Origin: an uncultured Verrucomicrobiae bacterium
GTDB lineage: Bacteria > Verrucomicrobiota > Verrucomicrobiia > Limisphaerales > UBA8199
DNA length: 64,000 bases
Direction: 5' to 3'
Assembly (NCBI GenBank): GCA_963762555.1
Contig: CAVXLO010000049.1
Coordinates: 35,090 to 99,089 of the forward strand
Position 1 is the first letter of the stretch; each line of letters begins with the position of its first letter. Below are positions 54,888-63,767 of the stretch, in pieces. The notes beneath the pieces are model-generated. The model saw only the letters and a program-made list of their open reading frames with translations. It did not search any database and had not been told where the DNA came from. Made by a program: the position numbers and the translations under genes.

Positions 54888-57800
54888 ATGAAAAGAACCA
54901 TCCTCATCTGCGCGGTTCTGGCGGGGGCGACCTGGCTGCGGGCGCAATCCAATGAACCGATCAAGCTCGCGCTGATTGCCGAGTCCGGCACGGCCGCCGC
55001 CGCAGTGGACATGCTGACCGTCGAACTGTCCAGCCACCCTGCCTTGCAGTTGCTGGAACGGAATGAAATCCAGCGCGTGTATCGCGAACAGGGCCTCTCG
55101 GCGGAAAACCTCGACGGCTTGAAGCTGGGCCGAATCCTCGGCGCGGATGGCGTGATGATTATCTCCGCCACGCAGGAAGCATCCAAGTCAAGCCCCGCCC
55201 CGCTGTTTCTTCCCAGCAGGGGGGCGCCGCGAGAGCAACCGCGCAGTCAGAGGCTCGAAACGCGGCTGCTCGCCGTCAAGCCGGGCGTCATCCTCGGCTG
55301 CACCCGCACGGTTTGTCTTGAGCGGGAGCTGCCTGCGTGGGCAAAAGGCATCGCGGCCCGCTTTGGCCCCGAGTTCTCCAAGCTCGGCGTCCTGGCAAAG
55401 GACGCCATCCCCATTTCGGTCGTGAATTTGCGCTCGGCCACAGAGTCGGCGCAAGGCCGCGAGACCGAACGCCAGTTGACCTTGCTGACCATCGAGCGCC
55501 TGGCCCGCGAGCGCAACCTGTTCGTGCTGGAGCGCCGGCGCATGGAGTTGTTGGGGGCGGAAAAGGACTTGAAGCTGGACGACTCGCCGTTCTGGAAGGG
55601 CGGCTACCTGCTCGAAGGCGTGGTGGACCAGGAGGGGTACTCCGCGAACCGCGTGACTCTCGACGCGCGGCTGGTTCCACCCAAGGGCGGGACCCCCATT
55701 CAGATCAAGAGCAGCGCCAGCCGCACCAACCTGGTGGAAGCGGTGAACCAACTCGCAGTGGAACTCACGCGCGCCCTGAACCTCACCCCGACCCTGAAGG
55801 AGTGGAACGCCGACGAAGAAGCGGGCCAGTACTTCCAGGAGGCCCAGTGGGCGCTGCGGTGGGGGCTGTTCGAGCAAGCGCAGGCGGCGGCGGAATCCGC
55901 CTGGGCCCTCGGCAAACGGGACCTCGAGACGGCCACGGTGCGGGTCAAGGCCTGGCTGGTCCCGCCCACCTACGATGTCGAGCGGCGCGGCTCGCTGACG
56001 ATCAGGACCACGAATCCCAGCCGGGCCGAGGCCGCCCGCAAACCACCCGATGCCGCCAGCGCGGACCGCGCTCAACGGGCGCTGGAGCTCTTCCTCGAAT
56101 ACAGCCGCAGCCTCGATCCGGGCAAGGTTAAGACCGATTCGCCCTGGTATCGGCTGGGGATCGAGGACCTGACAGTTGCCTCACGGTGGCTTCAGCATTT
56201 CTACCTGGTGCCGCAGGCGCAGCCATCCGCCCGGGCCAGCCTGGAGCGCCTGCGCGGTTCCGCCCGCGCCCTCGCCGAATGGCTCGCCGGGCTCCCCTCC
56301 TCCCGCGCCGAGTATGATGTTACTGACCGTCTCATGAGCGGCGACGAGGTGTACAAGGCATACGTTGAGAGCACCAATATCTTCCGTTGCGCGGTCAACT
56401 GGGGCTGTTTTTGGCAGGAGCGGCCCGAGGACACGCTCGTGCTCTACCGCGAGCTGATGCGCGGAGCGCTCTTTTGCCGCATCCACGGCGAGCTATGGTT
56501 CCGCCGGGCGAACCGGCCGGCGCTGGTGGGCTGGAGCGCGGCCGACGAACAACGCGTGCCGGCGGTGTGGAACAGCTTCCTGGCAGAGCTGGCCGGCTCC
56601 ACCAATGCGTTTTGCCAGATGGAGGCAAAAGCCTTCACCTTTGCCGCTCTCAGGGCGAAGCCGGGGACGCAGCTCACCGTTAAGGATCTCCGGCGAATGG
56701 ACGCCAACGCCCGGCAACGCGCGGTTGCGGAGCGGGACGCCGCATTGGAAGGCGCCTGCGACGCGCTGTTTGACTACGTCTGCACCAACTACGACGCCAT
56801 CGCCGCCGGCAATATCAACCTCCCCCGAGTCGGCCTGGGGCTGGATGTGTTCTTCAACCAAAGCGGGATGGTAACCGCCGCCACCGAAAGGCTCGACCGC
56901 CGCTACAAGACCGACTACGGACCGCGCCTCGGCGCTGTGCAGCAGGCTCGGGCGACCAGGAATGACGAGCAAGTAAAGCAGGAACAAGCACGCCTCGCCT
57001 TCGAGCGGCAGAAACAGTTCCTGATGGACTTTGGTTTCCACAGCGAGAAGGAGTTCCGGAGCGTGTTTGCCTTCCGGGATTATACAAAGGCCCAGGTGCT
57101 CGAACTGCGTCCGCTGCTTGACGCCTACTGCTCCAACCTGGTGGCCCAAGCCGCCGGCAAGTCGCAGGCCGAGGTCTTCAAGGCGCGATTCGACAGCAGG
57201 CGGATTCATTTCGACGTGGGCACAGCGTTGGACCGGGCGCTCCATCCACCTTTCCATGCACCTCAAGTAGTTAGAGACGGCCCCCTCTCCCCTTCCCCCT
57301 CAGAGGGGGAGAAGGTGGCGAAGGCGGGAGAGGGGTTGGTTCAAGGGGCCAAACCACGAGCCGGCTCGAGGAATTCTCCACCGATCACCCTGCCAACAAG
57401 GCCTGCTCCGCAGATGCCTCCGCCCATCGCTCTGGCCCGCCAGCCAACCCCTCCCAACTCCCCTGCCGCTCCGATCACGCCGGCTGCCGATGCTTTGCTC
57501 GTGTCGGATCCCGTTACCGTTCCTCTGGCACGCCTCGGTTTGACCAATACTCATGGGGCGGCCGCGATCACGGCTTGCCGCTGGTCCGAGCACAAGCTGC
57601 TGCTGAGCCTGTGGTATCAGGCGCCTCTTGGCCGTTATTCCCTCGCATCGCAATCGGCGAGCGCGATCTTCTCGCCCCAAACCCAAAGCTGGGATCTTAT
57701 CCCGCATCCGAGGCGGGACCCGGGCCTCACGCTCGGCAACCTTCCGGGCGGCCTGGCGCTGGGCCTGCGGCAGAACGACGCGTATTCGGAATTGTTCCAG

Positions 57801-58736
57801 GGGCAGCTTTATTTGAGCGACGGCGGGCAAATACGAAGGTTCGATGCCCAGGTCCGCCGGTGGGAGGACATCGAGGTCCCGGAGATTATGGATTCGCAGC
57901 TCTTTGCCTTCGACGGGCATCTCTACGCGGCGAGCCCGGAAATCATCTTCGAGATCCTGGAAGGCGGGAAAGGCACAAAGATTCTCGCCAGCACGCGCCG
58001 GCGTCCGGCGGTGTCCCAGCTCGATTCCCTTGAGAAATTCGGCTCGTTGCCGACGCCGCCGATCCTGTTCCTGGGTCCGAACCACTCGCTCTGTGCCGCG
58101 TTCGACTCCCGGGTCGTCGCCTGGGACGGCACCGACTGGCATGAGCTGTTTAAGCTCCAGTTTGCGAAGCCGCCGGAAGCCTCCAGTGAAGGCGTCGTGT
58201 TTCGCACATTCTCTTACAGCGAACCGCCCAGCCTCTGGTTCTTGAGGAACAATCAGTCCCAGCCTGAATTGTGCGTCCGCGACCTCGCCCGTACCGGGCC
58301 GGGCGGCCTGCGCCGGCCGATGCGCTCCCCGGGGGCCGCTCGGGCGCACTCACTCTGGCGGTCCTCCGAAGATCTATCTCTGACATGGGCGCCGGTCGCC
58401 GTTCGGGCCGGCAGCCTGCTCTTTTATGTCGAAGAGTCCTCCTCCTTCAACGGCCCCGGCGGGTTCCGCCCGGTCCCTCCTGGCCAATCCCAACCCAGGC
58501 TCGTCTGCCTGCTGCATGGCTCTCCCGAGCCGGTCGTCATTCCCTTGCGATTCACCTCGGGCCCCGGCGCTCTGCCGAACTCCACCACGCGGCAGCCGCA
58601 GCGATTGGCATTTTCAACCTGGATGCAATTTGCCGGGGACTCGCTCTTCCTGAGCCAAGGCGGCTTTGCGGGCTTCTACCGAATCCCTCTATCGGAAATC
58701 CAAGCCGTCCTGGCCCGCTCGCACAAGTCCTTATGA
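54888..58736 (+). CDS. Large secreted hypothetical protein: two N-terminal CsgG/LpoB-like modules, a helical middle, a Pro-rich linker containing a REP-like insert, and a beta-propeller-like C-terminus
   Basis: MKRTILICAVLAGATWLRAQ. ..LTVELSSHPALQLLERNEIQRVYREQGLS...LGRILGADGVMI, repeated as ..LTLLTIERLARERNLFVLERRRMELL. The C-terminus contains ..GQLYLSDGGQIRRFD...LFAFDGHLYAA. The stop overlaps the next start (ATGA). Confidence 0.8.
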   Translation: MKRTILICAVLAGATWLRAQSNEPIKLALIAESGTAAAAVDMLTVELSSHPALQLLERNEIQRVYREQGLSAENLDGLKLGRILGADGVMIISATQEASKSSPAPLFLPSRGAPREQPRSQRLETRLLAVKPGVILGCTRTVCLERELPAWAKGIAARFGPEFSKLGVLAKDAIPISVVNLRSATESAQGRETERQLTLLTIERLARERNLFVLERRRMELLGAEKDLKLDDSPFWKGGYLLEGVVDQEGYSANRVTLDARLVPPKGGTPIQIKSSASRTNLVEAVNQLAVELTRALNLTPTLKEWNADEEAGQYFQEAQWALRWGLFEQAQAAAESAWALGKRDLETATVRVKAWLVPPTYDVERRGSLTIRTTNPSRAEAARKPPDAASADRAQRALELFLEYSRSLDPGKVKTDSPWYRLGIEDLTVASRWLQHFYLVPQAQPSARASLERLRGSARALAEWLAGLPSSRAEYDVTDRLMSGDEVYKAYVESTNIFRCAVNWGCFWQERPEDTLVLYRELMRGALFCRIHGELWFRRANRPALVGWSAADEQRVPAVWNSFLAELAGSTNAFCQMEAKAFTFAALRAKPGTQLTVKDLRRMDANARQRAVAERDAALEGACDALFDYVCTNYDAIAAGNINLPRVGLGLDVFFNQSGMVTAATERLDRRYKTDYGPRLGAVQQARATRNDEQVKQEQARLAFERQKQFLMDFGFHSEKEFRSVFAFRDYTKAQVLELRPLLDAYCSNLVAQAAGKSQAEVFKARFDSRRIHFDVGTALDRALHPPFHAPQVVRDGPLSPSPSEGEKVAKAGEGLVQGAKPRAGSRNSPPITLPTRPAPQMPPPIALARQPTPPNSPAAPITPAADALLVSDPVTVPLARLGLTNTHGAAAITACRWSEHKLLLSLWYQAPLGRYSLASQSASAIFSPQTQSWDLIPHPRRDPGLTLGNLPGGLALGLRQNDAYSELFQGQLYLSDGGQIRRFDAQVRRWEDIEVPEIMDSQLFAFDGHLYAASPEIIFEILEGGKGTKILASTRRRPAVSQLDSLEKFGSLPTPPILFLGPNHSLCAAFDSRVVAWDGTDWHELFKLQFAKPPEASSEGVVFRTFSYSEPPSLWFLRNNQSQPELCVRDLARTGPGGLRRPMRSPGAARAHSLWRSSEDLSLTWAPVAVRAGSLLFYVEESSSFNGPGGFRPVPPGQSQPRLVCLLHGSPEPVVIPLRFTSGPGALPNSTTRQPQRLAFSTWMQFAGDSLFLSQGGFAGFYRIPLSEIQAVLARSHKSL

Positions 58737-60172
58737 AGCTTCTCGTCAACAACACCAACGGTCCGTTGTGGGAGCAGGTCACCGTTGCGGCCACGGGGCA
58801 AAACAGCGTGTCGGGCCACGAGTTCGTCCCCAGAACACCAGAGCCGTTCTACTATGACGCGGACGGCAACCTGACCAACGATGGCCGCTGGACCTACGCT
58901 TGGGACGCGGAGAACCGGTTGGTGAGCCTGGTGCCCAACACGGCGACCGGCCCACGGAATTCGATGAAGTTTGAGTACGACTGGAAGGGCCGGCGGATTC
59001 GCAAGCAGGTGTGGGGGAATACCACATGGAACGGCTACCCCACCAATGACGTGAAGTTCGTCTATGACGGCTGGAACCTGCTGGCCGAGTTGAACGGGAC
59101 AAACAGCGCCGTGATCCGGTCGTATGTGTGGGGCAGTGATTTGTCCGGCAGTATCCAGGGCGCCGGCGGCGTCGGCGGCCTGCTGTTCATTGACGATTGC
59201 ACATCGGCTATTGGCTATTGCGCCCCCGCGTATGACGGCAACGGGAACGTAACAGCGCTGGTGAGCATGTCCGGCGGCACCAACTGCGCCACCTACGAAT
59301 ACGGCCCCTTCGGTGAACTCCTCCGCGCCACCGGCCCTATGGCGAAGGCCAATCCGTTCCGGTTCTCCACCAAATACCAGGATGATGAGACGGACCTGCT
59401 TTATTACGGTTTTCGGTACTACAACGCCAGCGCGGGAAGATGGATAAGTAGGGATCCGATGGCAGAGGGGGCGGGCAACAATCTCTATGGTCTGGTGGAC
59501 AATGATCCTTTAAGCAGCACCGACACCTTGGGGTACTGGAATAGCCGCGTCCATTTGTGGATGACAATGGTATGGTCCGGAGAGGCGGGATTCCAGCCAG
59601 CGTACGGCGCAATCATTGGATTATCGGACAATGATGTGGATAATCATTGGGGTACGAGTCCGTTTCCGTGGGGACAAATGGAACGGCATCTAAACCAGCC
59701 GAGCAAGACCGGTGGGCAAGACAGTCGCGATTTCTGGTACCATACGGAGTACGCAAACGCCGTAAATGCGCTCGCAGCGGGTGACGAGCAACAAGACGGG
59801 ATGCGCTGCATAGAGGCTGCCCAAGCTTTTGGCAGGGGCCTTCATAGTTGGCAGGACCGTTCGGCCCATCGGGTTTGGCATCGCCCTGGCCGCGACTGGC
59901 GCTCTACGATAGCCCACCCGGCATGGTGGGATGATTGGTACGGTCAAGTGGACGCGGGAATTCACTTCTCAGACCTATGGTGGGCGGACTATTATAGTCG
60001 CCATCCTGGGAACGACGACTATAACAGGTGGACCTGGAGCGCCACTCAGTTTCTCTCCCAAGACCTGGCTACAGAAAGAGTAACCGCGGAGAGCCAGGAA
60101 GAAATTGGTCGTTTCGTTGGGGAGGTCCGGCGCCACTGCTTCTGTAGGGATACTATGTTGTTCCGCCAATGA
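58733..60172 (+). CDS. Short RHS repeat-associated core protein with a zinc phospholipase-C-like C-terminal toxin tip
   Basis: YD repeats (FYYDADGNLTNDGRWTYAWDAENRL...). Core end ..FRFSTKYQDDETDLLYYGFRYYNASAGRWISRDPMAEGAGNNLYGLVDNDPLSSTDTLG. The tip has YWNSRVHLWMT.., ..DNHWG.., ..GRGLHSWQDRSAH, reminiscent of the W1/H/D/H zinc ligands of bacterial PLCs. No N-terminal signal was recognised. Confidence 0.8.
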   Translation: MKLLVNNTNGPLWEQVTVAATGQNSVSGHEFVPRTPEPFYYDADGNLTNDGRWTYAWDAENRLVSLVPNTATGPRNSMKFEYDWKGRRIRKQVWGNTTWNGYPTNDVKFVYDGWNLLAELNGTNSAVIRSYVWGSDLSGSIQGAGGVGGLLFIDDCTSAIGYCAPAYDGNGNVTALVSMSGGTNCATYEYGPFGELLRATGPMAKANPFRFSTKYQDDETDLLYYGFRYYNASAGRWISRDPMAEGAGNNLYGLVDNDPLSSTDTLGYWNSRVHLWMTMVWSGEAGFQPAYGAIIGLSDNDVDNHWGTSPFPWGQMERHLNQPSKTGGQDSRDFWYHTEYANAVNALAAGDEQQDGMRCIEAAQAFGRGLHSWQDRSAHRVWHRPGRDWRSTIAHPAWWDDWYGQVDAGIHFSDLWWADYYSRHPGNDDYNRWTWSATQFLSQDLATERVTAESQEEIGRFVGEVRRHCFCRDTMLFRQ

Positions 60173-61278
60173 TGCGCATCAATTCAGGAACGCTTCTCCT
60201 GCTAATCGTGCTTTCCGTTTCTGCGGGATGCGCTTCACCCGGAACGAACTTATTGCCGGGTCTAACATACTACACCGGGCCCGAAAAGCTTACCGGTAAG
60301 CTGGTCTTTCTCCTCAGCGAGGGACCTGACGACGGAGATGACACTGCGAGAACAGGCACCATCTACGATTTCAATTTGGAGGGTGGCGTCCTGCGCAGGG
60401 TAACCGACGCGCCAAGCGGTAGCCTGTTCGCCTCTACTTCCGGCAGCCTCTACTGTGTGATCTCAGCGGCAGGCGGTAACGGGGGCAAGAATGGCACGAC
60501 CGCGTTCGTTTACTCGACGCGAACCCTCCAGAGTCGCCGCTTGCCTCTACCCAGTCTGCCCTCGAACGTCGTATTGGCAGCCGATCATGTCCTATTTCAG
60601 TTGCGCGAATACCCGAGGCCGGGGGAGGTGGTTGAGAGACTCCTCGACTACAACTTCGAGCGGGCAGAGACAAACTGGGTGGAGCTTCCGGATTCCAGTA
60701 ATTACCAGTTTGTCGGCTACACGATGACCAGCGTGCCTATCGGTCAGAGCCATACCGCGCAGTTCTACTACACCAGATCTGGCAGACGCCTACGAGAGGG
60801 GCGAGATTATGAAACTGGCATCTATAATCTAGACCTCCAAACAGGCAAGATTCGATGGATTGGCGGCCTGGGGAGTAAACCCGACAGCACGAATTCGGCA
60901 ACCATTAACGGTATGTATGTGTTTTTTGAGGGTCCTCAAGCGCCTATCGGCGGCTTTAGGCTCGTTACGTCTCCATGGGACCACTCTTGGTCCAAGTACC
61001 GTGATCCCGAGAGGCATAAGTTGAAGGTCCTGCACACTTACAGCAGCCTGCTTGCGCGCGGCGGAGGGAGCTATATCTTAAGAGCAATCTCGCCTTGCGG
61101 CAAGTTTGCCCTAGTGATGCTCATGCGTGAAACATCAACCAAGTCAGCGGCGCTTGGTGAGTGGACAAGAACGTATTACATCGTTGACATCGTGACCGGC
61201 AGCACCCGAGTTCTGCTCGAGGACCAAATTGAGCGAAGTACTAGGTGCACCGCATCACCCATTTATTGGGTGCGATGA
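60169..61278 (+). CDS. Lipoprotein, candidate immunity protein for the PLC-like tip
   Basis: ATGA overlap with the toxin stop. MMRINSGTLLLLIVLSVSAGC lipobox. AT-richer composition. 369 aa. Confidence 0.7.
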   Translation: MMRINSGTLLLLIVLSVSAGCASPGTNLLPGLTYYTGPEKLTGKLVFLLSEGPDDGDDTARTGTIYDFNLEGGVLRRVTDAPSGSLFASTSGSLYCVISAAGGNGGKNGTTAFVYSTRTLQSRRLPLPSLPSNVVLAADHVLFQLREYPRPGEVVERLLDYNFERAETNWVELPDSSNYQFVGYTMTSVPIGQSHTAQFYYTRSGRRLREGRDYETGIYNLDLQTGKIRWIGGLGSKPDSTNSATINGMYVFFEGPQAPIGGFRLVTSPWDHSWSKYRDPERHKLKVLHTYSSLLARGGGSYILRAISPCGKFALVMLMRETSTKSAALGEWTRTYYIVDIVTGSTRVLLEDQIERSTRCTASPIYWVR

Positions 61279-61474
61279 ATCCGAACAGCCATTGTATCCA
61301 AAGAATGGGCGCGCTCCCTTTAGCCAAGCAGCACATCCGCCAGTCCCTGTGGTCCTCGGACGGCTCCTCCGCCGGCAGCCAAAAAACGGGTCAAGCCTCT
61401 ACTTCGATCCTAGAAGGTGCCAGTCAATGATAATATAGTACTTCCCCGTTGGCATTTCGCCGAAACTCCGAGGG

Positions 61475-62470
61475 ATGAAACGTAGCCGAGCAAAGTTAGT
61501 TCTGGTTTTGGGGGCGGGTCTTTGCGGGCTCGTGGCGGCTGTGGCTTGCTTGAGCTTTTCGACAACTGGCCTCAAGCGAGTCCAGGCGCAGCGGCAGGAT
61601 AGGAGCCCTGCGCTCACGCTCGGTGTGCTGGTCATGCTGCCGCCGGAGGACTTGGCTGCTACGGGTATTGCGAGAATGAACCTGGTTTGCCAGCAGGGTC
61701 TTCCCGGGGCCGCGGACCTGGATATCAACAGCGCGCTCGATTTGGTTGGCCGGATGGCAGCCCGGGTCAAATCGGAGACTCAGCGTCACCTGTATCGGTT
61801 TAAGCAGAATCCGGGCGAGTTCGAGCATTCTGAGGGTTTTTTCCGGATGGTGATGATGGGGGTGGTGCTGGCGGAGGATTTCGGCATTCAGTATAGTCCT
61901 GAGCGGCGGGCCGGGCCGCAGGCAACCGACGCCGGTGACCACTTCTTCGCCGATCCGGAGAGGGTGTTTTTGAGCGGGTTGGTGAGCCCTAAGCGGCAGG
62001 GCACGTGCAGTTCGCTGCCGGTGCTCTACGTGGCGGTAGGCCGGGAACTGGGCTATCCCCTGAAACTGGTGACAACCAAGGCGCATTTGTTGGTCCGGTG
62101 GGAGGGCGGCGGAGAACGGTTCAACATCGAGGTGACGGGTCGGGGGGTAAACCGCTTCGACGATGACTATTACCGTCACTGGCCATTTGAGATCAGCGCG
62201 GCGGAGGAGGCCGCCGAGGGATACCTGAAGTCGCTCACTCCCCCAGAAGAACTGGCGGTGTTTCTCTCGATCCGGGGAATGTGCCTGCGGGAGTCGGGGC
62301 GGATGGCAGAAGCAGCGGAGAGCTTTGCCGCGGCCTCCCGCCTGGCGCCGGGCACGCGGAGTTACCAGCGGATGGCGGATGCTCTCCGGGTCGAGGCCGG
62401 CACTGAAGGACGAAGTGCTGGAGAAAGGTCGGGTTCAACGCAAAGGGATACTCCACTCACAAGACTATGA
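61475..62470 (+). CDS. Membrane-anchored transglutaminase-like (SirB1/UPF0162-type) protein with a TPR-like C-terminus
   Basis: TM helix LVLVLGAGLCGLVAAVACL. ..RQGTCSSLPVLYVAVGRELGYPL..VTTKAHLLVRW (Cys/His context of transglutaminase-like cysteine peptidases). The stop overlaps the next start (ATGA). Confidence 0.7.
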   Translation: MKRSRAKLVLVLGAGLCGLVAAVACLSFSTTGLKRVQAQRQDRSPALTLGVLVMLPPEDLAATGIARMNLVCQQGLPGAADLDINSALDLVGRMAARVKSETQRHLYRFKQNPGEFEHSEGFFRMVMMGVVLAEDFGIQYSPERRAGPQATDAGDHFFADPERVFLSGLVSPKRQGTCSSLPVLYVAVGRELGYPLKLVTTKAHLLVRWEGGGERFNIEVTGRGVNRFDDDYYRHWPFEISAAEEAAEGYLKSLTPPEELAVFLSIRGMCLRESGRMAEAAESFAAASRLAPGTRSYQRMADALRVEAGTEGRSAGERSGSTQRDTPLTRL

Positions 62471-63261
62471 AAACAAACCTCACATCTGTGATGTTGGCAC
62501 TCGGGCTAGGAATTCTGTCGTTTGCCCCACAGTCAGCCAGCGGGTTCTACAATCCCTCGACGGGAAGGTGGATCAGCAGAGATCCCGCCGCGGAGGAGGG
62601 CGGAGCGAACGTCTATTCTTCCGACCAGAACGACTGCCAGAATGGCACGGACCCCCTCGGCCGGGCCGCTATCTTTCTAGGTTTTGGCTACGACACGAGC
62701 ATCAAAAATGTTACCCGAACGCACAACGTCACAAACCGACAATTGCAGTTTCTTTTCCGCATGGTTCTTGAGTGTATCCGCATGAAGGTTAACCGTGACC
62801 CATGTCAGCAGTGCAGGTTAGGGGAGGTGCCAGGTATCTCTGCGCAGTATGATTCGAACCAGCAGGGCAAGGATGCGCCCGAGGATGGTGACTACTTCAT
62901 TGAGCCTGGCTCTCCCGGGCAGCCTGCCCCCGATGTAGAGCTTGCGGAGGCCCATTATCGGAAGATAGCTGTGGGTTCCGTTCCGGTTCTGCTTACGAGG
63001 TCAAAGATCAAGGCGTGGCCCTATGGACGGCTTTCGTGGGGATGGGGGGACGAGGGGAAAGGGGTGCTGCTTTGGTACTCACCGATTCTTCCTTCCTTCG
63101 TGCTTGCGCACGAACTGGGGCACTACGCAGGATACAGGGGAGACGCAGAAGGTGATCCGTCCCATTCCAGCAACCCAGACAACTTGATGCACGAGCCTCC
63201 GACGAAACGCGCGAAACCGGACTGTCAGTGGTGCCAGAAGGTTTTTGGGCTCGGGAAGTAA
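62467..63261 (+). CDS. Secreted toxin-like protein: Sec signal peptide fused directly to the terminal RHS-core motif, followed by an HExxH metallopeptidase-like domain
   Basis: MKTNLTSVMLALGLGILSFAPQSASG, then FYNPSTGRWISRDPAAEEGGANVY......DPLG (compare YYNASAGRWISRDPMAEGAGNNLY...DPL in 58733-60172), then ..FVLAHELGHYAGY...NLMH. Confidence 0.75.
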   Translation: MKTNLTSVMLALGLGILSFAPQSASGFYNPSTGRWISRDPAAEEGGANVYSSDQNDCQNGTDPLGRAAIFLGFGYDTSIKNVTRTHNVTNRQLQFLFRMVLECIRMKVNRDPCQQCRLGEVPGISAQYDSNQQGKDAPEDGDYFIEPGSPGQPAPDVELAEAHYRKIAVGSVPVLLTRSKIKAWPYGRLSWGWGDEGKGVLLWYSPILPSFVLAHELGHYAGYRGDAEGDPSHSSNPDNLMHEPPTKRAKPDCQWCQKVFGLGK

Positions 63262-63264
63262 CCT

Positions 63265-63753
63265 ATGAGAAGTGGCGTGTTATGCCTGGTGGCCCTCATG
63301 TTCGTAGCTTGTGTGAGCTGCTCAACGGCCAGGTGGGGCAAAGGAGCTGCGTTGGGGAGACAGCGGCAGCTAAGAATTCTCTCCGACTCCAGTCAGGTGA
63401 AGGTGCTCGCGTGCGAGTTCCTTATTCGATCGGTCCGCACGAACAGCCCAGCGCTTCGGCTCTTTTTCGTTTCGCTTGGAAACGAGGAGCGAGGGTTGTT
63501 GCGTTCCCTTCTCCCCGGGTGCGATATTCGGCCCGAAGCACAGTCGGAGTTCGTCCCTGGGTTAGGAGTGCGGGAAAGGTTCTCACACAAGTCGGGCACC
63601 CGCGTCGCTGTGGTTGTCACCTCCATAGAACCACAGGTTGCCACCGTAAAGGCGGCGGTCTGCCGGCGGGGAACCGTTCAGTACTCACTCCGGTTCAGGA
63701 AGGCATCGGACTGGTTGGTCGAGGCGGCGGCGCGAATGCCATGGGCGTTTTGA
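63265..63753 (+). CDS. Small lipoprotein, candidate immunity protein for the HExxH toxin
   Basis: It starts 3 nt after the toxin stop. MRSGVLCLVALMFVACVSC lipobox-like. 162 aa. Confidence 0.65.
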   Translation: MRSGVLCLVALMFVACVSCSTARWGKGAALGRQRQLRILSDSSQVKVLACEFLIRSVRTNSPALRLFFVSLGNEERGLLRSLLPGCDIRPEAQSEFVPGLGVRERFSHKSGTRVAVVVTSIEPQVATVKAAVCRRGTVQYSLRFRKASDWLVEAAARMPWAF

Positions 63754-63767
63754 GGCGAGCGAGGACC

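Noticed and set aside
57412-58736. Possibility that the 1283-aa ORF is two genes, with a second start at ATG 57412 after the REP-like insert
   Set aside because: There is no stop codon, no RBS-like sequence and no signal peptide at that Met, and the frame is continuous. It is kept as a single CDS, and the question is flagged in the findings.
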